Shown here: positions 41,287 to 50,553 of the stretch, in pieces
How positions within the stretch are numbered: position 1 is the first letter of the stretch
Layout of the letters: each line of letters begins with the position of its first letter
Assembly (NCBI GenBank): GCA_963733995.1
Contig: CAVTFO010000008.1
Span: 48,900-112,899, forward strand
DNA from: an uncultured Thermoleophilia bacterium
GTDB taxonomy: Bacteria > Actinomycetota > Thermoleophilia > Gaiellales > Gaiellaceae
Direction of reading: 5' to 3'
Length of the DNA stretch: 64,000 bases
The notes under the pieces: model-generated
Database searches by the model: none
What the model was told of the DNA's origin: nothing
What the model saw: only the letters and a program-made list of their open reading frames with translations
Translations under genes and position numbers: made by a program

Positions 41287-41550
41287 GTGGCCGAGCTCCA
41301 TCTCCCCGGGACGCTGCCGCCGCTCTTCCCCGGCCTGCCGCGCCTCCTCGACGTGGACGCGGCGACCGTCGACGAGGCGCTCGACCGGGTCGAGGAGCGC
41401 TGGCCCGGCTTCCGCGACCGCCTCGTCGAGCCGGGGCCTGCGCTCCGGCGCCACATCCACGTCTACGTCGACCGCGAGCGCGCCGGCCTCGACACCGCGC
41501 TCGAGGCGCGCTCGCGCGTCGACGTGATCACCGCGATCAGCGGGGGCTAG
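41287..41550 (+). CDS. MoaD/ThiS-family beta-grasp protein ending in Gly-Gly
   Basis: GTG 41287, 6 nt after the BNR gene stop, in the ORF 40168..41550 frame: VAELHLPGTLPPLFPGLPRLLDVDAATVDEALDRVEERWPGFRDRL...IHVYVDRERAGLDTALEARSRVDVITAISGG-stop. Confidence 0.65.
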   Translation: MAELHLPGTLPPLFPGLPRLLDVDAATVDEALDRVEERWPGFRDRLVEPGPALRRHIHVYVDRERAGLDTALEARSRVDVITAISGG

Positions 41551-42145
41551 CCGAGACCGCGTCGGCGATCCGCTCGAGCGCCTCGCGCCAGCGGGCGCGC
41601 ATGGTCTCGCGCGCCTCCGCGTCCGGGAGCTTCTCCGCGTGCGCGTGGATCGCCGTCCGCCCCGGGGCGGGCTCCTCCAGCGTGAGCTGGAGCGTCGCGG
41701 GCGCGTCCCAGTCGTCCGGCTGCCACGTCAGCCGGAGCCGCTCGGCCGGCTTGACCACCCGGATCTCGCCCCGCACACCCGCCGTGTCGTAGTCGCTCCC
41801 CTGGTCGAACGCGACGGACGCGCCCTCGCCGAGCCAGAGCTCAGGCCGCGAGACGATCGCCTCCCAGACGTCGTCCACCGACGCGTCGACGGTGCGCTGG
41901 ACGCCGACCTGGAACCCGACGTCGGCGGTCTGCCCGACCGCGCGCTTGCCCCGCGCCCGCTCGTACTCGACCGTGATCGACTGCCGCCACCAGGCCGACG
42001 CCTCCGGATGCGCGCGCTCGAGGTGGGCGACGATCCCCTTGTGGTCCCAGGCCGAGGCGCCGGCCGCGTCGAGCACCTCGAGCCACTCGTCCCAGCCGCG
42101 CCCCGTCGCCTCACGCACCGACTCGTCGGAGATCCGCGCCTGCAT
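41537..42145 (-). CDS. SRPBCC (AHSA1-like) domain protein with a small N-terminal helical domain
   Basis: Intact 202-aa ORF. The N-terminal part reads GRGWDEWLEVLDAAGASAWDHKGIVAHL...WWRQSITVEYERARG. The C-terminal part reads DDVWEAIVSRPELWLG...RLRLTWQPDDW. Confidence 0.6.
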   Translation of the reverse strand: MQARISDESVREATGRGWDEWLEVLDAAGASAWDHKGIVAHLERAHPEASAWWRQSITVEYERARGKRAVGQTADVGFQVGVQRTVDASVDDVWEAIVSRPELWLGEGASVAFDQGSDYDTAGVRGEIRVVKPAERLRLTWQPDDWDAPATLQLTLEEPAPGRTAIHAHAEKLPDAEARETMRARWREALERIADAVSASPR

Positions 42146-43069
42146 TCACCCCGCAGCGTACGAGTCGGCGAATCCCTGCCGCCAGCTCGGGTGGCGGAGC
42201 GTCCAGCCGAGCTCGCGCTTCGCCTTCGCGTTCGAGGCGCCGCGCACGTCCGTCATCAGCGCGACGCCGGACTCCCCGGCCGCGAGGCGCCCGAGCCAGC
42301 GGGGGACGCGGCGTGGCGCAGGGGCGCCGATCGCCGCCGCGAGGGCCGGGAGCCACTCCGCGACGGGCGCGGGCTCGTCGTCGACGACGTTGAAGAGGCC
42401 CGGCGTGCCTCGCTCGACGGCGAGCACGGTCGCCGCGGCTGCGTCGTCGAGGTGGACGAACGACCAGATGCCGGCGCCGTCGCCGACGATCGGGAACCGC
42501 CGCTTCCGCACGGGCTCGAGCTGGACGTCGTCCGGCGAGCCGTAGAGACCGCCGTAGCGGAGCACCGTCCCGCCCGCGGCGAGGACGGCGTCCTCGAGGT
42601 GGCGGATCGCCGCGAGCGTCTCGCGCATCGCCGGCACCGGCGTCGGATCGAGCGGATCCTCCTCGGTCTTGACGGGCGTCCCGTTCCGGGCGTAGGGCCA
42701 GCCGGCGTAGCTCTGCGCCACGACGTGCCCGCCCCCGACGGCGCGCACCGCCGCGAGGAGGTTGTCCGTACCCTCCGTGCGTAGGCGGTTCGTGGCCGCG
42801 AAGGTGCGGTCGAAGTGCTTGATGTCGCCCATCCCGGCGAGGGCGGTCGCCTCGTGGACGAGGGCGTCCGGACGCGCGACGTCGACCGTCCGCAGCACCG
42901 CGACCGGGTCGAGCAGGTCGAGCACGACGGGCTCCGCGCCCAGGGTGCGCAGTCGGTCGACCTTCTCCTCGGTACGGGACGTCGCGACGACCTCGTGGCC
43001 GCGCGCCACGAGCTGGGGGAGCAGGCGGGCGCCGATCGCACCCCCGGCCCCGATGACGAGAACTCGCAT
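42146..43069 (-). CDS. NAD-dependent epimerase/dehydratase (extended SDR)
   Basis: ATG 43069 after AAAGGAG. Reads MRVLVIGAGGAIGARLLPQLVARGHEVVATSR (Rossmann motif). Intact 307 aa within ORF 42146..43096. Confidence 0.85.
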   Translation of the reverse strand: MRVLVIGAGGAIGARLLPQLVARGHEVVATSRTEEKVDRLRTLGAEPVVLDLLDPVAVLRTVDVARPDALVHEATALAGMGDIKHFDRTFAATNRLRTEGTDNLLAAVRAVGGGHVVAQSYAGWPYARNGTPVKTEEDPLDPTPVPAMRETLAAIRHLEDAVLAAGGTVLRYGGLYGSPDDVQLEPVRKRRFPIVGDGAGIWSFVHLDDAAAATVLAVERGTPGLFNVVDDEPAPVAEWLPALAAAIGAPAPRRVPRWLGRLAAGESGVALMTDVRGASNAKAKRELGWTLRHPSWRQGFADSYAAG

Positions 43070-43168
43070 CGTCGGCTCCTTTCCGTGGTTTCTCACACCG
43101 GAGACGAGGAAGAGGTGCCGTGCGTGACGGTGTCACGCGGAGAGCTGCCAGCCCGTCTTCGGAGCGAG

Positions 43169-44020
43169 ATGGAGAGCCACGAGGAGCTGCGTCCGTACCT
43201 GTTCGCGATCGCCTACCGCATGCTCGGCTCGGTCGCGGAGGCCGAGGACGTCGTGCAGGAGGCGTTCCTGCGCTACCACGCCGGCGAGGTCGAGGCCGAG
43301 TCGCCGAAGGCCTACCTCGCGACCGTCACGACGCGGCTCGCGATCGACGAGCTGCGCTCCGCCCGCGCGCGGCGCGAGGTGTACCCGGGCGAGTGGCTGC
43401 CCGAGCCGCTCGTCGAGGACGAGGCGGCCCGGCACGCCGAGACGGCCGACTCGCTCTCGCTCCAGTTCCTGCACCTGCTGGAGCAGCTCTCGCCCGTCGA
43501 GCGCGCGGTCTTCCTCCTGCGGGAGGTCTTCGACTACCCCTACGACGAGCTCGCCCGGATCGTCGGCAAGAGCCCCGAGAACTGCCGCCAGATCCTCGCC
43601 CGCGCACACCGGCACGTCGACGAGGGCCGGCGCCGCTTCGACGTCTCGCGCGAGGAACGCGAGGAGGTCGCGCACCGGTTCGTGGCGGCGTGGGAGGACG
43701 GCGACGTCGACGCGCTCGTCGAGCTGCTCGCGCCGGACGCGACGGTGTTCGGCGACGGCGGCGGCAAGGCACCGGCGATGCCGCTGCCGCTCGTCGGCGC
43801 GGAGCGTGTGGCGAAGGCGCTGATCGGCTGGGGGCGGCAGGCGCGCGAGCGCGGGATCCGCCATCGCCGGGCCCTCGTCAACGGCGAGCCGGGCCTCGTC
43901 TTCTACGACGCGGACGGCGCGGCGCGCTGGGTCGCCGGGCTCGAGATCGCTGACGGGCTCGTCGTCGCCGTCCGCTCGATCCTCAACCCGGACAAGCTCG
44001 GGCACGTGCCGGGACGCTAG
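43169..44020 (+). CDS. ECF sigma factor, SigJ/ECF41-like, with C-terminal SnoaL-like extension
   Basis: ATG 43169 in ORF 42815..44020. Reads LRPYLFAIAYRMLGSVAEAEDVVQEAFLRY, LSPVERAVFLLREVFDYPYDELARIVGKSPENCRQILARAH, then the extension FVAAWEDGDVDALVELLAPDA...NPDKL. Intact. Confidence 0.85.
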   Translation: MESHEELRPYLFAIAYRMLGSVAEAEDVVQEAFLRYHAGEVEAESPKAYLATVTTRLAIDELRSARARREVYPGEWLPEPLVEDEAARHAETADSLSLQFLHLLEQLSPVERAVFLLREVFDYPYDELARIVGKSPENCRQILARAHRHVDEGRRRFDVSREEREEVAHRFVAAWEDGDVDALVELLAPDATVFGDGGGKAPAMPLPLVGAERVAKALIGWGRQARERGIRHRRALVNGEPGLVFYDADGAARWVAGLEIADGLVVAVRSILNPDKLGHVPGR

Positions 44021-44062
44021 GCGCGGGCGGCCGCGGTGCGCGGCCGCCCGCTCCGACCGCGT

Positions 44063-44578
44063 CTACGGCGCCAGCACGTCGCAGAGCTGCGGGAACGGCC
44101 CGTCGTTGAACGGCCCGGCCTGGAAGAGCACGTCGGGCTCCTCGTCGTCCGGGTCGCTGAAGAAGAACACGACCCGGCCCACATCCGCCGCCACGGGCGG
44201 CCCGCCGCCCGTGATCAGGTGCCCCGAGAGGCCCGTGATCGTCACCGTCGTCGACCCGTCGGGATTGAACGTGATGTGCTCGACGCTCGGGGTGACGGTC
44301 GAGATCGACTTTCCGTTCGCGCTGAAGGTGACCCGCGCCCGCGGGAACGCGGAGATCACGCGGGTCAGGTTCCCGGCACCGTCCGAGAACTCCGTCGTCC
44401 GTATCTGTCCCGTCGCGTGGCCCTGGATCTCGAACGCACACGGCCCCTCCGGCGCCGCGGGAATCGTGAACACGTCGTCGATGTCCGTCACCGAATGCGA
44501 CGGCTTGCCTGCCGTCGCGACCGCGACGACGACCAGCGCACAGAGGGCTACCACCGCCAGCGCCACCAGCCTGCCCAT
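44063..44578 (-). CDS. secreted hypothetical protein
   Basis: ATG 44578 after GGAAGGGAG. Signal/anchor MGRLVALAVVALCALVVVAVATAG. The rest is beta-rich. Intact. Confidence 0.55.
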   Translation of the reverse strand: MGRLVALAVVALCALVVVAVATAGKPSHSVTDIDDVFTIPAAPEGPCAFEIQGHATGQIRTTEFSDGAGNLTRVISAFPRARVTFSANGKSISTVTPSVEHITFNPDGSTTVTITGLSGHLITGGGPPVAADVGRVVFFFSDPDDEEPDVLFQAGPFNDGPFPQLCDVLAP

Positions 44579-44722
44579 GAGGACTCCCTTCCACCGCCCC
44601 CCACGGCACTCCGCAGTTTTGTGAAGTCGAGCAGCCGGGCGCAGCGCCAGTCTGATCGGTTGGTCGCCCCAGTTCAAGGTGGGGACGGGCGGGCCGCGTC
44701 GCCGCGGCCCGCCCGTGCCGTG

Positions 44723-45965
44723 TCAGCCGTTCCGGCCGTGGACGGCCTTGAAGTAGTGGCGCTCGCGCCAGCCGGCGACCTGCCGGCCGATCCTCGCGCC
44801 CTGCTCGTCCGTGTTCCGGAAGTGGATCCCGGACCAGACCCGCGCGTCGACGACCTCGTCGATCGCCTGCGAGAAGCGGGTGAAGCTCCGCGTCAGGCCC
44901 GCGTTGTTCGTGTCCGTCCAGCCGATCCGGTCGGTGCCGAAGAAGTCCTGCAGCGTGGCCACGAACGAGCCGCTCAGGCCGGCGTGACCCGACGGATGGT
45001 CGGGATACGGCGGCGTCGGGATCAGCGGCAGCCACGCCTCGTCCTTGTCCGTCAACGGGTTCCCGTCGGTGTCGGCCCGCCGGATCGCGGTGATCGGCCG
45101 CCAGAACATGTAGTGGTCCTTGTCGTCCCAGACGGTGATCAGGGCGTCCGCCCCGCTCGTGTAGAGCATCGCGTAGAGCCGCGCGTTCTCCGCCAGCGAG
45201 AGCCCCTGCTGGGCCGAGAGCGTGCGGAAGACGCGGCTCCACGTGCCGGGCGGGTTCTCCGCCCAGTAGCGCGCCATGTGCGTCTGATCGGCGGAGCGCG
45301 GCGAGTCCGCCGCCGCCGAGCCATACGCCTTCACCTCGTCGAAGTCCCGCGCGTAGCGGCGGCTCGTGAGCGGGTCCGGCCCCGCCGAGCGGAACTGCGA
45401 CGAGCTCTCGAGCAGGAACGGCTTCACGTTCCGCAGCCAGGCGTTCGGGTCGTTGACGAAGCCCGGGAGCACCGGCTCCCAGACGCCCGGGCCCGGCGGG
45501 TCGAGCGGGAAACCAGCCGGCCCGAAGCGGCCGTCGGCCGTGCGCGCCGCGATCATCGCCGCGGCCGCCGCCTCGCCCACGGCGATCCCGCGGGTCTTCG
45601 GGACGCCGTCGGCGATGCCGGCGAGCGACGCCGCGTACTGCGCGTCGAGCGTCGACTTCACCGCGCCGGGGAGGCTCAGGAGGACGCGGTACGCCGCGGT
45701 CGCGGCCGCCGCCTCCTTCGAGTCGAACGGCGAGCCGACCCGGGCGGTCAGCAGGTAGCCGTCGTGGCCGCCGTCGATCGCGTTGACGGCGTCGTAGACG
45801 GCGCCCTGCACCATCGCCAGGTGCGGCACCGATTGCTGCGGCGGCTGTGGCGGCCACCGCCATGCTCGCGTTCAGGTTCCACTCGGTCACCGTGTCGGCC
45901 CGCGCGAGCGCCGGCGCGGCCAGTGCGAAGGCCGCAACGAGCGCGGCCGGGATCATGCGGTTCAT
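44723..45965 (-). CDS. vanadium-haloperoxidase-like / PAP2-superfamily secreted protein (needs 1 frame correction)
   Basis: ATG 45965 with signal peptide MNRMIPAALVAAFALAAPALARA (ORF 43983..45965). Break near 45840. Then ORF 44723..45829: MFWRPITAIRRADTDGNP, PYPDHPSGHAG, SRVWSGIHFRN (the PAP2 acid-phosphatase/haloperoxidase motif set). Confidence 0.7.
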
Positions 45966-46237
45966 GGGGTGTTCTCCTCACCGGACGTCACTGCCTCGAC
46001 GACCCGGACGGGGTCGAGCGCGGCCAGCTCCGCCACGAGGGCGGCCTCCCGGCTCGACGGCGCGCGGAACACGAAGAAGCAGGTCTCGTCCTCGGGTACG
46101 TGGATGACGCCGCCGAAGCCGACGCGGGTGCCTCCCCGCGTCAGCTCGTCGGCAGCCGAGCGTGCGCGAGCCTCGAGCGCGGCGCGGTCCGCGGCGTGGC
46201 ACCGTGCGAGGAAGGTCTCGACGAGGTAGCTCGGCAT
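45962..46237 (-). CDS. small hypothetical protein (alpha/beta, DUF4242-like by eye)
   Basis: Intact 91-aa ORF. Its stop overlaps the haloperoxidase-like start (ATGA). Reads MPSYLVETFLARCHAADRAALEARARSAADELTRGGTRVGFGGVIHVPEDETCFFVFRAPS. Confidence 0.5.
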   Translation of the reverse strand: MPSYLVETFLARCHAADRAALEARARSAADELTRGGTRVGFGGVIHVPEDETCFFVFRAPSSREAALVAELAALDPVRVVEAVTSGEENTP

Positions 46238-46303
46238 GCCGTCGACGCTACGGCCGGGCCGAATCGTCGAAAACGTCAGAACGTCGGAACTTTGCGGTGG
46301 CGC

Positions 46304-49054
46304 CTAGTGCAGCTTGCGCGCGAGCTCGGTGCGCGAGCGGACGCCGAGCTTCGCGTAGACGTGCGTCAGGTGGCTCGCGACCGTCCGCTCGGCGAGGAAG
46401 AGCGTCGCGGCGACCTCCGCGTTCGTCCGGCCCTGCGCGACGAGGTCGGCGACGCGCCGCTCCGCGGGCGTCAGGCCCTCGGCCCGCGTGCGGCCGCCGA
46501 TCCGCCCCAGCTCGTCCTGCGCCCGCTCCGCCCAGCGCGCCGCGCCCATCTCCGCGAAGCCGGCGCGCGCCGCCTCGATCGCGTCGCGCGAGGGACGCTT
46601 CTGCCGGTCGCGGCGCCGGGCTGCGCCGAGCGCGAGCAGGGCCCGGGCGCGGCCGAACGGGTCGCCCGCGGCCTCGTGCCTCTCGACGGCCTCGGCGAGC
46701 AGGGCGAGGGCGCCGTCGACGTCGCCCTGCGCGGCCGCGACGAGGCCGCGGCACCGCGTCACGTGCGCGAGCACCCATTCCCGCTCGACGCGGCGGGCAC
46801 TCGCCTCCCACGCGTCGAGGCGCTCGACGGCGTCGTCGACGCGCCCGAGCTCGAGCAGCGCCTCGACCTGCTCCGCGCGCCACCAGTTCATGGTCGGCTC
46901 GGCTCCGTCGGCCGCGTCGGCGATCTGCTCCGCCTCCTCGAACCGCGCCACCGCGGTCGCCGCGTCGCCGCTCCAGAAGTCGACAACGCCCGGCATCGCG
47001 ACCGCCGCGCGGATCGCCGCCGCGTGCCGCTGCGCGCGGTCGGACATCACCGTCGGCCAGCTCGCGCGCACGGTCGAGGTCGCCCCGATGGGCGGCGACG
47101 AGCATGAGCGGGTACAGGTCCTGCGGGGTCTCGTCCTCCTCGCGCCCGTACAGGAGGCTCGAGCTCCCGCGCGCGCTCGGCGTACTCGCCCGCGAGCACG
47201 AGGTGCCCCGCGCGGAGCTCGACGATCGCCAGGTACCAGAGCGCGCTCGCGGCGAGGCGCTCGTCGCGCTCGCTCCACTCGGCGAGCTCGCCTGCGAGCA
47301 GCGCGCGGGCCCGCTCGAGCTCGCACGACCAGACGAGGACGTGCCCGAGCGCGAAGCGCGGTATCGGCCGACGCCTGCGGGTCGCCGGCGGCGAGCGCGT
47401 GCGCCTGCTCGGCGAGCTCGAGCGCACCCGGCTCGCCGGCGTTGAAGCGGATGAGCGCGAGGCTGCCCAGCGAGGCCGCGCGGACGGCGGCGTCGCCGGC
47501 GCTCGCGGCGAGCTCCACGGCCGCGCGGGCGTGCTCCTCGGCGGCCGCGAGCCCGTCGGCGAACCGCACGAGCAGGCTGAGGCGCTGATGGATCGACGCC
47601 TGGAGCACGAGCGGCGTTCCAGGTTCGCGCAGCGCCTCGCGCAGCGACAGCACCGCCTGCTGGAGCTCGTCGTGCCTCGGCCGCGAGGACGAGCGCCTCG
47701 GCCCGCTCCGTCCCCGGCGCGGCGCGCGCGAGCAGGTCGGCCGCAAGTGCGCGCGCGCGGTCGACCGCTCCGGCCGCGAAATGCGCGCGCGCAGTCGCGG
47801 CCGTGCGGCGGGCGAGGCCCTCGGCGTCGTCCGGCGGCGTCAGGCGGAGCGCGTACTCGCCGAGCTCGGCGGCGACGATCGGCGCACCCTGGGCGACGGC
47901 CGCGCCCGCGGCGTCCTCGAGCGTCGCGGCGAGATCCGGCGTCCACGGCGTCGGCGGACAGCGCGAGGTGGCGCGCCCGTGCGAGCGGGTCGTCGACGAG
48001 GCCGGCGAGCCGCGCGTGCGCCTCGCGGCGCTCGTCCGCGCTCAGGCCCTGGTAGAGCACGGACGCGAGCAGCGGGTGCGCGAAGCGGACCGTCCCCTCC
48101 CCCAGCTCGAGCACGCGCTCCTCGAGCGCCGGGGCGAGCGCGTCCTCGTCGACCCCGGCCTCGCCGAGCTGCGCCGGGGTCAGCCGCGACTCCGCCGAGA
48201 CCAGCACGAGCGCCTCGTGCGTCGCGCCGCCGTGAACGCGTCGAGCCTCGCCGAGACGAGCTCCTCCAGCCGCCCGGGCACGGGCAGCGGCTGCGTCGGG
48301 TCGCGCATCGCGTCCTCGTCGCCGAGCGCCCGCGCGAGCTCGAGGGCGTACATCGGGTTCCCGCCCGCGGCCTCGTGCAGCCGGAGGAGCGTCGGGCGCG
48401 GCACCGGCCGCCCGAGCTGGTCGCTGAGGACGCGGTGGATCGCGCCGACGCTGAGCGGCCCGACGCGGACGCGCTCGATCCGGTCCGCGCCGAGCGCCTC
48501 CTCGACCGCGGTCCGTCCGTCGTCCTCGCCGAGCCGGCGCGTCCAGACGACGAGCACGTCGTCGCCGAGACGCCGCAGCGCGAAGCCGAGGGCGGCCGTC
48601 GGACGACGCGTCGAGCCACTGCAGGTCGTCGACCGCGACGACCAGGCCGTCCTCCGCGGCGAGCAGCTCCAGCGCGCTCCGGACCGCGACGCCGAGGGCC
48701 ATCGGATCGACGGGCCGGCTCCCCGCCTCCTCCAGGAGCAGCGCCACCTCGAGCGCGCGGCGCCGGGGCGGCGGCAGGCCCGGCAGCACGTCGTCGAGGG
48801 CGTCGTCGAACAGGTCGCCGAGGCCGGCGTGCGCCGAGCGTCCGCTCCGACTCGACCGGCCGCGCGGTGAGGACGCGCAGCCCGCGGGCGCGGGCGAGGT
48901 CGACGGCCTCGCGCCAGAGCGTGGACTTCCCGATCCCCGCCTCGCCCTCGAGCGCGATCCCGGCCGGCCCGCTTCCCGGTGCGCGCCGGTCGAGGACGGC
49001 GTCGAGGATGTCGCGCTCCTCGTCCCTGCCGACGACGTCGCGCGCCGTGTGCAT
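46304..49054 (-). CDS. LuxR-family large ATP-binding (LAL-type) regulator (needs at least 5 frame corrections)
   Basis: The N-terminus is ORF 47840..49054 (VVGRDEERDILDAVL...LEGEAGIGKSTL, Walker A). The middle lies in ORFs 47047..48789 and 48180..50195 (VVAVDDLQWLDASS, GGNPMYALELARAL). The C-terminus is ORF 46304..47746, with TPR-like repeats and LuxR HTH LTPAERRVADLVAQGRTNAEVAATLFLAERTVASHLTHVYAKLGV. Confidence 0.8.
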
Positions 49055-49057
49055 CGG

Positions 49058-50482
49058 CTACGCCGCGAGCGCCGCGCCGAGCTCGCGGATCGTCGGGACG
49101 ATCAGGTCGACGTCCTCCGGCCCGGTGCGCCAGTTCACGATCGCGGGGCGGAACGCGACCTTGCCTGCCTGCACCGTGGTGCCGAAGTAGACGCGGCCGT
49201 CGTCGAGGACCGCCTGGCCGAGGCGCCGGTTCAGCTCGTCGAGGTCGCGCTCGTCCACGCCTGCGGGGCGGTAGCGGAAGCAGACGACGTTGAGCGGCAC
49301 GCCGGCGAGCCGCTCGAGATCGGGGTCGGCGTCGACCTGGGCCGCCAGCCGCCGGGCGAGCTCGACGTGGCGCTCGACCATCGCGCGATAGCCGTCGCGC
49401 CCGTACGCCCGCAGCGTCGCCCAGACGGTGAGCGCCCGCGCCCGGCGCGACATCTCCGGCGAGAGGCTGCTGAACACAGGCCGGTCGGCGCTCTCGCTGC
49501 CGAGGTAGGCGGCGGCCGCGGCGAACGCGCCCTCGTGGAGCGAGCGGTCGTGGACGAAGACGGCGCCCGAGTCGTACGGGACGTTCAGCCACTTGTGGCC
49601 GTCGACGACGACCGAGTGCGCGCGCTCGACGCCGCGGACGAGCTCCCGCGTCGAGGGTGAGACCGCCGCGAACAGGCCGAAGGCGCCGTCGACGTGGAGC
49701 CACGCGCCGTGCTCGGCGGCGAGATCCGCCATGGCGTCGATCGGGTCGAACAGCCCCGTGTTCACGTCGCCCGCGGTCGCGACGAGGATCGCCGGCGCAC
49801 CCTCCAAGTCGCGCAACGCGGCCTCGAGCGCGTCGAGGTCGAGCCGGCCGCTCTCGTCGTCGACGAACGTCCGCACCTGCCGTCGCCCGATGCCCAGCAT
49901 CGCGAGCGCCTTCAGCGCGCTCGCGTGCACGAAGCCGCTGCCGAGCACGGGCACGGGCGGCAGGCCCGCGAGCCCCTCCTCCTCGACGTCCACGCCCTGC
50001 TGCAGCCCCCACCAGCGGCGCGCGGCCGCGAGCCCCGTGAAGTTCGCGGACGTGGCGCCGCTCGTGAAGGCGCCGCTCCACGCGGCCGGGAGCCCGAACA
50101 GCTCCTGCAGCCACGCGACCGCGACCTGCTCGAGCCGCATCGCGAACGGCGAGCTCACCCAGTTGAACGCGATCTGGTCGATCGCGCTCGTCCACCAGTC
50201 GGCGGCGAGCGCGGCGGGCGTCCCGCCGCCCATCACGAAGTGGAAGAACCGCGGCCCGGCCGAGCGCGTCGCGCCCTCGGAGGAGGCCTCGATCAGCTCG
50301 CGCACGGCCGCCAGCGAGCCGACGCCCTCGAGCGGCAGCGACACCCCCGCGGGGCCGCCCGGCTCGGCGGCCGGCGGCCGCACCGGCGCCTCGTCGAGCT
50401 GCGCGAGGTACCGCGTGGCCTCCTCGGTGACGAGCTGCAGCGCCTGGTCGAGCGCGTCCTTGTCGAGGAGCGGGTCGGCCAC
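49058..50482 (-). CDS. PLP-dependent decarboxylase (group II, aspartate aminotransferase fold)
   Basis: GTG 50482 in the 3' part of ORF 49058..53923(-). Intact 474 aa. Reads FHFVMGGGTPAALAADWW, FTSGATSANFTGL, WLHVDGAFG, VVVDGHKWLNVPYDSG (PLP lysine). Confidence 0.8.
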   Translation of the reverse strand: MADPLLDKDALDQALQLVTEEATRYLAQLDEAPVRPPAAEPGGPAGVSLPLEGVGSLAAVRELIEASSEGATRSAGPRFFHFVMGGGTPAALAADWWTSAIDQIAFNWVSSPFAMRLEQVAVAWLQELFGLPAAWSGAFTSGATSANFTGLAAARRWWGLQQGVDVEEEGLAGLPPVPVLGSGFVHASALKALAMLGIGRRQVRTFVDDESGRLDLDALEAALRDLEGAPAILVATAGDVNTGLFDPIDAMADLAAEHGAWLHVDGAFGLFAAVSPSTRELVRGVERAHSVVVDGHKWLNVPYDSGAVFVHDRSLHEGAFAAAAAYLGSESADRPVFSSLSPEMSRRARALTVWATLRAYGRDGYRAMVERHVELARRLAAQVDADPDLERLAGVPLNVVCFRYRPAGVDERDLDELNRRLGQAVLDDGRVYFGTTVQAGKVAFRPAIVNWRTGPEDVDLIVPTIRELGAALAA

Positions 50483-50553
50483 GGCGTTGATCCTAGAGCC
50501 GCCGCGGAGCACCGTCCTTGGCGCCGCGCGCGCCAGCCCCATACCATCGAGCC

